From: Candidatus Eiseniibacteriota bacterium
GTDB lineage: Bacteria; Arandabacterota; Arandabacteria; Arandabacterales; Arandabacteraceae
NCBI GenBank assembly: GCA_043810925.1
Contig: JBDRNT010000100.1
Span: forward strand, 1 to 36,448
Length of the DNA stretch: 36,448 nt
Reading direction: 5' to 3'
Shown in pieces: positions 18,232 through 26,779 of this stretch. Every line of letters starts with the position of its first letter. The first letter of the stretch is position 1. Under the pieces are notes generated by a model. That model did no database searches. It was not told the origin of the DNA and saw nothing but the letters and a program-made list of their open reading frames with translations. Made by a program: the position numbers and the translations under genes.

Positions 18232-20104
18232 TAACAATACGACGAACTACGACAGTGAGTGGCAGCATAAGTACCGCGATGCAGTGGTCTCAGCAGAGGA
18301 AGCCGTAAAGAGCATCCGGCCGGGCCAGCGCGTATTCATCGGAACGGGTTGTGCACAACCCCAGATCTTAACCGATGCACTGGTCGCTCGCGGCGCGGAT
18401 CTTGCCGACACCGAGATCGTTCACCTGCTGACGCTCGGATCTGCTCCGTATGCGCAGAAAGACCTCGCGACCCACTTCTCCGTTAACAGTTTCTTCATCG
18501 CCGAGAACGTGCGAGACATCATCCAGCAAGGGCTTGGGGATTACACGCCGATTTTCCTCTCAGACATCCCACAACTGTTCAAGTCCGGCCGATTGCCGCT
18601 TGACGTGGCTTTGATCCAGGTTACCCCTCCAGACACCCGGGGGATGTGCAGTCTGGGCATCTCGGTCGATATCGTTAAGAGTGCCGTCGAAAATGCAAGC
18701 CTTGTAATTGCACAGGTCAACCCCCGGATGCCCAGAACTCATGGCGACAGTTCCATCAATGTGCTCGACATCGATTTCCTGGTTCCCGCGGATACTGATC
18801 TAATCGAAGTCCAGCCACCCGAGACCGACGATGTAACTCGCCAGATAGGCCAGTACGTGGCATCTCTTGTTGATGACGGGTCCACAATAGAGTTGGGGAT
18901 CGGGCGGGTGCCACAGTCGGTGCTACAGTTTCTGGGGAGCAAGAAGGACCTCGGGATACATACCGAGATGCTCACCGACAGCGTGGTGGATCTTGTCGAA
19001 TCAGGTGTCATAACCGGGGCGCACAAATCCATTGATCGGGACAAGATTGTCGCCAGTTTCTGTCTGGGTACGCGGAAACTGTATGACTATATCGATGGTA
19101 ACCCGGTGTTCGCCTTCCATCCGACGGAATACGTCAACGATCCTTTTGTCATAGCGCAACAGAATAAAATGGTCGCCATAAATGTCGCTCTTGAGGTCGA
19201 CCTCACAGGACAGGTGTGTGCCGATTCGCTCGGGACACACTTCTACTCAGGTATTGGAGGCCAGGTGGATTTCAACCGCGGCGCAGCGAGGGCACCCGGG
19301 GGCAAGGCCATTATAGCTTTCCCATCAACAGCCGAGGGTGGCGCAGTGTCACGAATCGTCTCAAGGCTCAGCCCCGGTGCCGGTGTCGTTACGACGCGCG
19401 GTGACGTACACTATGTCGTTACAGAATACGGTAGTGCCTACTTACACGGGAAGAATGTCCAGGAACGGGCGCTGGCGTTGATCAACATTGCGCACCCCGA
19501 ATTCAGATCGAAACTGTTCAGGGAGGCCATTGAACACAAGTACATACGCGAGGAACTGGCATCTGTAGAAAAACGGATTTGCCTGGGAACGCACGAGTTT
19601 CATACCACTTATCTGCTGGATGATGGAACCCTTGTAGATTTCCGCCCCGTGCAGATGACCGATGAACCCGGCATGAAAGACCTGCTTTACGCGCTCTCGC
19701 GTGACACGCTCTATTACCGGTTCATGAGCCGTATGAAATGGGTACCCCGAAAGCAAATCCAGGATTTCGTTTTCATAGACTACCGCAGTGAAGTGTCCAC
19801 TGTCGCGACCGTCCCCGAAGCACATGGTGAGCAGATTATAGCATTAGGCGGCTACTATCTTGACGCACGGACAAACCGTGCCGAGGTTGCCTTCATCGTT
19901 AAAGACACCTGGCAGGGCAAGGGGATCGGCACATCCCTGCTTAAGTACCTTACCACGATCGCGAGGCGTCACGGGATTGCCGGGTTCACCGCCGAGGTGC
20001 TTCAGGACAACAAGCGGATGCAGGCCGTCTTTGACAACAGTGAATTCAGAATCCAGACCGATCTGCATGAAGGTGTGTTGAGCTACATAATGGATTTCAC
20101 GTAG
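18224..20104 (+). CDS. Acetyl-CoA hydrolase/CoA-transferase (4-hydroxybutyrate CoA-transferase type) fused to a C-terminal GNAT acetyltransferase
   Basis: GSTIELGIG, LGIHTEM (catalytic Glu), SGIGGQVDF, VVTEYG; GNAT part LYYRF, AEVAF.V.D.WQGKGIG, VLQDN.RM; 8-nt overlap with the upstream gene. Confidence 0.9.
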   Translation: MSDNNTTNYDSEWQHKYRDAVVSAEEAVKSIRPGQRVFIGTGCAQPQILTDALVARGADLADTEIVHLLTLGSAPYAQKDLATHFSVNSFFIAENVRDIIQQGLGDYTPIFLSDIPQLFKSGRLPLDVALIQVTPPDTRGMCSLGISVDIVKSAVENASLVIAQVNPRMPRTHGDSSINVLDIDFLVPADTDLIEVQPPETDDVTRQIGQYVASLVDDGSTIELGIGRVPQSVLQFLGSKKDLGIHTEMLTDSVVDLVESGVITGAHKSIDRDKIVASFCLGTRKLYDYIDGNPVFAFHPTEYVNDPFVIAQQNKMVAINVALEVDLTGQVCADSLGTHFYSGIGGQVDFNRGAARAPGGKAIIAFPSTAEGGAVSRIVSRLSPGAGVVTTRGDVHYVVTEYGSAYLHGKNVQERALALINIAHPEFRSKLFREAIEHKYIREELASVEKRICLGTHEFHTTYLLDDGTLVDFRPVQMTDEPGMKDLLYALSRDTLYYRFMSRMKWVPRKQIQDFVFIDYRSEVSTVATVPEAHGEQIIALGGYYLDARTNRAEVAFIVKDTWQGKGIGTSLLKYLTTIARRHGIAGFTAEVLQDNKRMQAVFDNSEFRIQTDLHEGVLSYIMDFT

Positions 20105-20227
20105 CGCCTGCTGCGGTTGACTGCTCGTGGTCCCCTGACAGTTGCCTCCTGTGTAGAACACGCAGTACGCTCATTTCCCACCTTGCCAGAATAGCACACC
20201 TCGGAGCCGTTTTCAGTTGACACCGCC

Positions 20228-20425
20228 TTAATTGGTCCTCTGGTAGTACAGCATAGCGCCGAGCTTCGTCACGGCCATCACCAGCAGTATGCCAAGTAGA
20301 TCCCACCGTATGGTACGGTTCACGAACATATCGACGCTGAAAACGCCCACCATCGCGATCATTCCGGCCATGAGTGACAGCCGCATAGCCTTGAACCTGT
20401 GCATTATGAATCGCTCGTCCAACAT
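20228..20425 (-). CDS. Small two-TM membrane protein (65 aa)
   Basis: MLDERFIMHRFKAMRLSL...LYYQRTN; GAGGAGGA SD inside the end of the XRE gene; DER motif before the TM helices. Confidence 0.75.
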   Translation of the reverse strand: MLDERFIMHRFKAMRLSLMAGMIAMVGVFSVDMFVNRTIRWDLLGILLVMAVTKLGAMLYYQRTN

Positions 20426-20429
20426 ATGG

Positions 20430-20639
20430 CTATTCCTCCTCAATCTTGAACATCTGGTCGACAGAGCATTTGAAGAATTGCGCGATCTTGAGTGCAAGAG
20501 CCAGGCTGGGAACATACCTCCCGCGCTCAATGGAAATGATTGTCTGCCGGGAGACCCCCAGGGACTTCGCAAGGTCCTCCTGGGTAAGTCCGAGCTGCTT
20601 GCGGTGCTCTCGCAGACTATTCAGGACGCGCTCATTCAT
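20430..20639 (-). CDS. XRE-family (HTH_3) transcriptional regulator
   Basis: LREHRKQLGLTQEDLAKSLGVSRQTIISIERGRYVPSLALALKIAQFF. Confidence 0.93.
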   Translation of the reverse strand: MNERVLNSLREHRKQLGLTQEDLAKSLGVSRQTIISIERGRYVPSLALALKIAQFFKCSVDQMFKIEEE

Positions 20640-20826
20640 AACCACGCAACACGGCGTGAATGATGAGCGCGAAGACGCTCAGCGACATCGCCAGTCCAAG
20701 GAACAGACCCTCTGCGAAGATGATCCACCGGATACCCTCTCCGGCAAATCGCCCGAGCAGCATCGAGATGGTGATGCAGACCACACTGAGCGGCACTATT
20801 AGATGCTTGTGCTTCACGAGTAACAT
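20632..20826 (-). CDS. Small two-TM membrane protein (64 aa)
   Basis: Two hydrophobic helices; AAAGGA/GGAG SD; overlaps the XRE start. Confidence 0.7.
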   Translation of the reverse strand: MLLVKHKHLIVPLSVVCITISMLLGRFAGEGIRWIIFAEGLFLGLAMSLSVFALIIHAVLRGYE

Positions 20827-20896
20827 GTCTCCATTCCTTTCCCGTTTGGCCTGGACCCTGGGTCGGGTCCCGGCACCTGTAATCCTGACTACCGAA

Positions 20897-20960
20897 GTAA
20901 AGCTAGCTTTACATTAGAGAATATACGAACACATGGCCAAATTGTCAAGTGGACTTTACA
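20897..20960 (-). promoter_or_regulatory. Sigma70 promoter flanked by two palindromic operators
   Basis: Minus strand TTGACA(20948-20943)-N17-TATATT(20925-20920); perfect palindrome GTAAAGCTAGCTTTAC at 20897-20912 and GTCAAGTGGACTTTAC at 20944-20959. Confidence 0.8.
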
Positions 20961-20983
20961 TTTGCCGGTGATAACGATAGATG

Positions 20984-22483
20984 TTAGCGGACTAACACAA
21001 TCTTACGGGTGGCGATCTGGTCTTTGACCTGGAGAGTGCAAAAATAAATCCCCGGTGCAAGAGCATGCCCAACGGAGTCTCGCCCGTCCCAGGCAGCAAT
21101 GTGAGTGCCCGGCCCCCTGGTGGCGTCGAGGAGGGTGGCCACTCTTTGACCCAGGACATTGTGCATGGCTATTGTGACCCTTGAACGTCGGCCGAGACGA
21201 AATCTGATGACGGTTCTATCCCTGAAAGGATTGGGCTCGCCCGCCGAGAGCATGAACTCAGTCCTGCCGGCAGGGTCACCGTCGATGCCGGCCAGAACAG
21301 GTTCGGTCTTCACGACGTAGATATCATAAACGCCGGCGCCGAAGGACCGGGTCGACCCAGCGACAACATACCCGCTGTCGGGCGCGGTCTGGCGGACGCA
21401 ATAGCCGTCATCATACAAGGCCCCACCATATGTTCTTGTCCAGACAGGGTCGCCCTGCGTGTCTGTCTTTATCACATAAGCATCAAAGTTGCCTTCCCCG
21501 AAGGACCTTGTGGATCCCGCGATTATGTAGCCGGGTTGAGGTGATGTCTGCTGAACGGAGTACCCGTACTCCACGCTTGAGCCTCCGAACGTTCTTGTCC
21601 AGAGCGTATCACCGTCTTGATCCGTCTTCACCAGATACAGGTCGCTGTCTCCCGCACCGAATGAGTATGTATTCCCGACGATGACATAGCCGCTGTCGGG
21701 GAATGTTCGCTGAACTGAATAGCCATACTCACTTCCGGTTCCACCACAGGTTCGGGTCCACAGGGTATCTCCATCTGCATCGATCTTAATGAGGTAAACG
21801 TCATCCGCGCCGGCGCCGTAGGAGCTTGTTGTCCCGACGAGAATATAGCCGCTATCCGGAAAGGTCTGACTTATATGCCTGGCCTCATCCCAATCAGGCC
21901 CGCCGTAGGGCCTCCCCCAAAGAAAGCCGCCACGTGCGTCCGTCCTCAACACATATGCATCCCCCCCACCCGCGCCGAATGTCTCTGTGTATCCTGCGAC
22001 GATATACCCGCTGTCCGGCATGGTCTGCTGGACATGCCAGGCACGGTCGTCTGCCCAACCCCCATATGTATACGCCCAGTCTACAGTCCCGCCCGAATCC
22101 GTCTTGGCAAGGAGAATATCGTAGCCGCCGGCCCCCGATGAATTCGTGTAGCCCGCCAGGATGTATCCGCCGTCAAGGGTTTGCTGAACGGAACTCCCGT
22201 GATCCGTGCCGGTCCCACCATAGGTCTTGGCCCAGTCAACCTCGCCGTCTGCATCTGTCTTGATGTAGTACAGGTCGTAGCTTCCTTCCCCGTAGGAGAA
22301 GGTGGAGCCCGTGATGATGTAGCCCCCATCCGGAAGCGTCTGTTGAATCGAATACCCGTAGTCGGAGCTGGATCCTCCATAGGTCTTCGCCCAGAGCGTG
22401 TCAGGCCCCTGGGCAGAGGAGGCCGCTGCAAGCGCCACACAAAAGAAGCAGCTAAGAACGAGTGTCAGTGACAGTCTCATCAT
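20984..22483 (-). CDS. Secreted seven-repeat beta-propeller protein with C-terminal FlgD-Ig/T9SS-like domain
   Basis: Signal peptide; seven repeats of about 53 aa (W-x-K/R-TYGG...GYSVQQT..DGGY..G.T.SFGAG..D.Y..KTD); C-terminal EPNPF...WDGRD..G..LAPGIYFC...KIVLVR. Confidence 0.88.
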   Translation of the reverse strand: MMRLSLTLVLSCFFCVALAAASSAQGPDTLWAKTYGGSSSDYGYSIQQTLPDGGYIITGSTFSYGEGSYDLYYIKTDADGEVDWAKTYGGTGTDHGSSVQQTLDGGYILAGYTNSSGAGGYDILLAKTDSGGTVDWAYTYGGWADDRAWHVQQTMPDSGYIVAGYTETFGAGGGDAYVLRTDARGGFLWGRPYGGPDWDEARHISQTFPDSGYILVGTTSSYGAGADDVYLIKIDADGDTLWTRTCGGTGSEYGYSVQRTFPDSGYVIVGNTYSFGAGDSDLYLVKTDQDGDTLWTRTFGGSSVEYGYSVQQTSPQPGYIIAGSTRSFGEGNFDAYVIKTDTQGDPVWTRTYGGALYDDGYCVRQTAPDSGYVVAGSTRSFGAGVYDIYVVKTEPVLAGIDGDPAGRTEFMLSAGEPNPFRDRTVIRFRLGRRSRVTIAMHNVLGQRVATLLDATRGPGTHIAAWDGRDSVGHALAPGIYFCTLQVKDQIATRKIVLVR

Positions 22484-22531
22484 ACGTTGGCAGATCCTCG
22501 GATGCGGTGCTCGCCCTTGACCGATGCCTAC

Positions 22532-22560
22532 ACTATATCACACAATCTGCCGGTAATCAA
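22532..22560 (-). promoter_or_regulatory. Sigma70-type promoter
   Basis: Minus strand TTGATT-N17-TATAGT with a TG extension. Confidence 0.6.
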
Positions 22561-22604
22561 CGCCTAAAGGCAACAAGCATGGGCGCGGCCGACCAGCGGC
22601 CGAC

Positions 22605-22639
22605 CAAAGGAAAGAGCCAGGGACCCGGTCCCTGGCTCT
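22605..22639 (-). terminator. Rho-independent terminator
   Basis: 12-bp stem AGAGCCAGGGAC/GTCCCTGGCTCT with a 3-nt loop, followed on the minus strand by TTCCTTT; 23 nt after the stop at 22663. Confidence 0.75.
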
Positions 22640-22662
22640 ACCCCAATACTTGAACCGAAAGA

Positions 22663-25239
22663 TTACTGTGTCAACAGCATCTTCACTGTCTTTTCAATGC
22701 CTCCGGCTTCAACACGGCAGAAGTACATGCCGTTTACAACGGATTTGTTACGTTGGTCTCTGCCGTTCCAGGTGATCCGATGGTCTCCACTGGGCAGCAT
22801 CTCGTTTACCACTGTCTGGACACGCTTGCCCTGAACATCATAAATCACCATGGTTACATGAGTCGGTTCACTCAGGCTGAACCCGATGGTCGAAGACACT
22901 CCGGTGAATGTTTCGATGGATATCACCGGGGGAGGATCCGGGTCAGGGCCCTTATCCTTGATCAGCACACAGTCCCAACCGTAGATGGGATAACCATCGT
23001 ACAGCGCACCCAACAGGCTGAGGGGCCTGATCTCGCCATCGGTAACATCACCCATTGCTTCAGTGAGGTCCGGCCTGTCGAACTTGAGCGTCAAGTCCAT
23101 GTAACCGTCGGGACCTTCCTCGGAGCAGCCGCAGACATCCGTTCCGATGTATGGTGTCCCAACATCCTCGTACGACCACCTCAGAGCCGACACACCCTCA
23201 AGCGTGATCGTCGCCGGATCCACATCGTAAACGTCGAAATCGGCCGTACCAAGAATCGCAACGGGAAGCTTGCCGTTGGAATTGGTATTGTACGGATTGA
23301 CACACGACCCGGGCTTGATGTCAAATGGCACTTCGAGCGGACAGACTATAGGCTCCGTAAATACCGGGCAGATGCTCTTGCAGACCCCATCGCCCACATC
23401 AGCGCCGGGGATGCTGAGGCCGTCCGTACCGTCCTGGTTCTCGACCCCGACCGTGTAGTCACCCTCATAACTCTCAGGGGTAATCACCCCGTAGCGGAGC
23501 TCGATGCAGTTCGTGCCCTCGAAGAGAATCGCCTGGAATGTGTTCGAATCTCCCGTATAGAACTGCGGAACGTTTGTCCACTGGGCGATGAAGCGGCGGT
23601 TCGGCTCCATACCCAGAGTCTGGTAGTGGACCGTGCCGCCATCATTCGGGGCAAGATCGTCCCACAGCGGGGCGATATAATCGTTCGGGTCGTAGTCGTC
23701 GGGAATATAGTCGTTCGAGAAGTCCGTGAGGTCTTCGCCGAAGGTCAAATAACCGTTGGAACAGACCCCTATATCGGCATGGATATCTCCCCAGAAGTTG
23801 AAGGTGAACCCAAGGGGAACCACCTCGCCGTCGTCATCACCGAGATACAGCTCGGTCCCGGTGCCGGAGATATCCTCAAAAGCATTGGCGCAGTCCTCAA
23901 CCGCAGACCAGCCCACGAATCCGCCACCGCACACGGAGTCATCGCCCTGGTATGTGCCGCCCTGATCCTCGCACTCATACTGTGTCAAGCCATCGGCACA
24001 GGACGCATCGGGGAAGCAGCAGGCGCCGGTGGGAATACACGCCACTTCCGCTACGCAGGCCACTCCGTCCGATGAGACGTCCAGCTCGAAGTCGCCGAAC
24101 GCACCACCATAACCGTGCACCAGGATCTTGTACTCCGCCATCGCCTGGGAGCACCAGGTGACCGTGCTCAGTAAGAAGCTCGCGCCGTCGTAGCACTCAT
24201 CGTCGTTGCCGTCAACGCAGATAAGGTCTCCGCAATCGCCGCAGTACACCGAGAGCTTCGTGTCAAAGTCGTAGAGATCCGCACACGTCGTAGCAGTAAG
24301 CGTGGTTCCATCGCCGATAAGCGAATACCACACTCCAGGTGAGGTGATGGAGGCATACCCGCAGTCCTCGACGTCGTAGTCGGGGCTCGCACCCGCGGTA
24401 CTTCCCAGGGTAACCGATGGAATGGTCACAGGGATGGCACCATCACAGAGATCGTTTTCGGGTGGGGCCGGACACGTGATGTCAGGGGTACAGCCCTCAC
24501 CATCCTCGTAGACCGTGAGATCGAAGGGGCCGCTTTGCCCACCGTAGCCGTGCACCAGAACCATGTACTCGACACCATACTCTGAGCACCAGCTAAACCT
24601 GCTCTGCAAACCGCAGGCATCGTCGTTACCACCGATACAGATGGGAAGATCGCATCCACGGCAGTATACCGAAATCTTGGTATCCCATGTCGCGCCGCAA
24701 GTCTCCACAAAAATCGTGGTCCCTGTTCCGATAACCGAATACCACACTCCAGGGCTGGTGATGACTACGCCACAGTCCGGCATATCCGGCCAATCGATTC
24801 CAGCGTCCGTGGTCGTTCCGGCCGTTGCCGAAGGCACAGCCACCGGAATAGCGTCCTCACAGAGGTCGTTCGACGGCGGCTCCAGCTCCGGATTCAGCCC
24901 GCGCGGCCCCAGAACCACGGTCTTGTGGATTTGTCCTGCAAAAAGCGGGTTCTTCGGGATTTCCTCCCGTGAAGGCACCACCTCGAAGCGAGCCGAGCCA
25001 TACGCTTCATGCTCTATCTCCAGGGTGACCTTGACACCCACGTCGTAGTATACATAGGTGCCTTCAGGCAACTGGTCCGCCTTCAGGTGGTCGCCCCCTG
25101 ATGTTATGAAAACTACCTGTGCGTCGGTGATGAGATTGCCGTTACCATCCTCCACACGCACGATCAGATCCTGCGAGGAGTTGGCGGCACCCACCAGCAT
25201 CAACATGCAGACGCAGCAAAGCGCTAGTAACCTACTCAT
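22663..25239 (-). CDS. Large acidic, Cys-rich secreted modular protein (two tandem Cys-rich domains, GACC motif, NIDO-like domain, FlgD-Ig/T9SS-like CTD)
   Basis: Signal peptide after ATG 25239 (GGGAGG SD); two PPxNDLC...GVWYS...DTKxSVYC...GNDD.C repeats; LGFTFNFWG...SNGYLTF...IAPLWDDL...NTFQAIL; C-terminal WNGRD...NGMYFCRVEA. Confidence 0.82.
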   Translation of the reverse strand: MSRLLALCCVCMLMLVGAANSSQDLIVRVEDGNGNLITDAQVVFITSGGDHLKADQLPEGTYVYYDVGVKVTLEIEHEAYGSARFEVVPSREEIPKNPLFAGQIHKTVVLGPRGLNPELEPPSNDLCEDAIPVAVPSATAGTTTDAGIDWPDMPDCGVVITSPGVWYSVIGTGTTIFVETCGATWDTKISVYCRGCDLPICIGGNDDACGLQSRFSWCSEYGVEYMVLVHGYGGQSGPFDLTVYEDGEGCTPDITCPAPPENDLCDGAIPVTIPSVTLGSTAGASPDYDVEDCGYASITSPGVWYSLIGDGTTLTATTCADLYDFDTKLSVYCGDCGDLICVDGNDDECYDGASFLLSTVTWCSQAMAEYKILVHGYGGAFGDFELDVSSDGVACVAEVACIPTGACCFPDASCADGLTQYECEDQGGTYQGDDSVCGGGFVGWSAVEDCANAFEDISGTGTELYLGDDDGEVVPLGFTFNFWGDIHADIGVCSNGYLTFGEDLTDFSNDYIPDDYDPNDYIAPLWDDLAPNDGGTVHYQTLGMEPNRRFIAQWTNVPQFYTGDSNTFQAILFEGTNCIELRYGVITPESYEGDYTVGVENQDGTDGLSIPGADVGDGVCKSICPVFTEPIVCPLEVPFDIKPGSCVNPYNTNSNGKLPVAILGTADFDVYDVDPATITLEGVSALRWSYEDVGTPYIGTDVCGCSEEGPDGYMDLTLKFDRPDLTEAMGDVTDGEIRPLSLLGALYDGYPIYGWDCVLIKDKGPDPDPPPVISIETFTGVSSTIGFSLSEPTHVTMVIYDVQGKRVQTVVNEMLPSGDHRITWNGRDQRNKSVVNGMYFCRVEAGGIEKTVKMLLTQ

Positions 25240-25670
25240 GTCCATCCTCCCTTCCGGTCCTTCCTTTGCCGTCCACGGTCCAGGCCGAAGTTCGGCCGGG
25301 CCCCGCACGTGGACTTAAGGAACAGCACGTTCTTGAATCGGCGATCATCACCTCCCTTGCCGGGACATCCGTCCGATTGCTCTTCTCCAATCTGCCATGA
25401 AACGCAAGAAGCCGCACATACCGAACCTTCCAGGATCGGTACAGCGGCCCCTTATACAAGTCGGTCCCATTACATCAAACCTTGGGCACTGGTTCGACAG
25501 GTCACGCCCATGAGTTCTTGCTTTCTCAGCAGATCCTTGGTTCAGCGATCGGCACGCAGTCACCGACACTCATCCGCGCAGCAAGGACAATGCAGTGACC
25601 GTGGCCGGACGCTCTTCGAATGACAAATGCCTCCCGAGTCAAGACCGCTATTTTTGTGAAGGCAAGGGGC

Positions 25671-25699
25671 AGAATACCACACAAATCGCAGGATGTCAA
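25671..25699 (-). promoter_or_regulatory. Strong sigma70-type promoter about 430 nt upstream of the Cys-rich gene
   Basis: Minus strand TTGACA-N17-TATTCT with a TG extension. Confidence 0.65.
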
Positions 25700-25986
25700 G
25701 GTTTTTGGGGTTGTGCAGGCGCGAGCCGGTGGCATGCCGTGACCAGCACCGGACGGACTTGGGTTGGCAGGTGCTGAGGCTCAGGGAATCCCAGCATCAC
25801 ACATTCAGACATTGAGGTGGCTCCTCTGGCTAAAGCCTGAGAACGCAATTCTGTTGGATACCATGGCCGGCTGCTGGTAATCCTATCTGATCTCTCTTGC
25901 GCAGGCTACTGCCTGGAGTATTACACTACCGCGGAACGCTGTCTGGTAGAAATTTCATGATTCTAAGCACATTCTTATGAAAATGG

Positions 25987-26047
25987 TTGCGTACATACGA
26001 AGATTGTGTATGCTTATGTATAAAGGGTCATACCAATGTTGAGCATG
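25987..26047 (+). promoter_or_regulatory. Putative promoter with two 19-bp pseudo-palindromic boxes
   Basis: TTGCGT-N16-TATGCT; CATACGAAGATTGTGTATG (25994-26012) and CATACCAATGTTGAGCATG (26029-26047) match at 14/19. Confidence 0.45.
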
Positions 26048-26120
26048 ACATACTACCTTAGGTGTCGAGGCCGTAAGAGCCGGTAAGTCACCCCCGGAAG
26101 CCAAGGCGGGAGAGGTCCCA

Positions 26121-26768
26121 ATGAGTGCGCATGAGATCATGACTGTGGAAGAGGTCGCTGAATATCTTCGGGTATCGGAGCGGACGGTGTACGAGTGGGC
26201 TCAGAAGGGAGAGATTCCCTCCGGCAAGCTCGGTACCAGCTGGCGCTTCAAACGTGGTGAGATCGAACGCTGGGTAAACCAGCGGCTTACACGCGGAGGC
26301 CGGACCGCCTCCGGCCACGCCTTCGAAATCCGGGATGTACTGGACCCCGACCGCGTCGTGATCATTGACGAGACGTCAAAAGAGTCAGCGCTCAGGCTGA
26401 TGACAGACGTGCTCGCCCGTTCTCCTCGCATCCACGACCGGACCGAGCTGGCCCGCGCCATATTCGAAAGAGAGCGGCTCATGAGCACCGGCATAGGTTT
26501 CGGAGTGGCGGTACCACATGTCCGGCTGGCATCGGTCAAGGAACTGGTTATGGCCCTCGGAGCAAGCCGCCGGGACATCACTGACTATGAATCGCTTGAT
26601 GGTAAGCCGGTGCGTATCATCTGCATGGTGGCTGCAGGTCAGAACCAGCACTCCGAGTACTTGCGGGCCCTGGCAGCGGTCAGTGCAAGCCTGAAGGACC
26701 CGGCAGTTCGCGAGAGCGTGCTGACGGCGAAATCGGAAGCCGCAGTCTTTGAGTTACTCACAAAGTAG
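26121..26768 (+). CDS. PTS EIIA (fructose/Ntr-type) domain protein with N-terminal excisionase-like HTH
   Basis: MTVEEVAEYLRVSERTVYEWAQKGEIP..KLGTSWRF (HTH_17-like); RERLMSTGIGFGVAVPH with the phosphorylatable His. Confidence 0.9.
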   Translation: MSAHEIMTVEEVAEYLRVSERTVYEWAQKGEIPSGKLGTSWRFKRGEIERWVNQRLTRGGRTASGHAFEIRDVLDPDRVVIIDETSKESALRLMTDVLARSPRIHDRTELARAIFERERLMSTGIGFGVAVPHVRLASVKELVMALGASRRDITDYESLDGKPVRIICMVAAGQNQHSEYLRALAAVSASLKDPAVRESVLTAKSEAAVFELLTK

Positions 26769-26779
26769 GTGATGAGCAG

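Noticed and set aside
22753..24075. 440-aa plus-strand ORF and other long antisense ORFs (27350-28366, 30859-31602, 31766-32404)
   Set aside because: They are shadows of well-supported genes on the opposite strand in GC-rich DNA and have no motifs.
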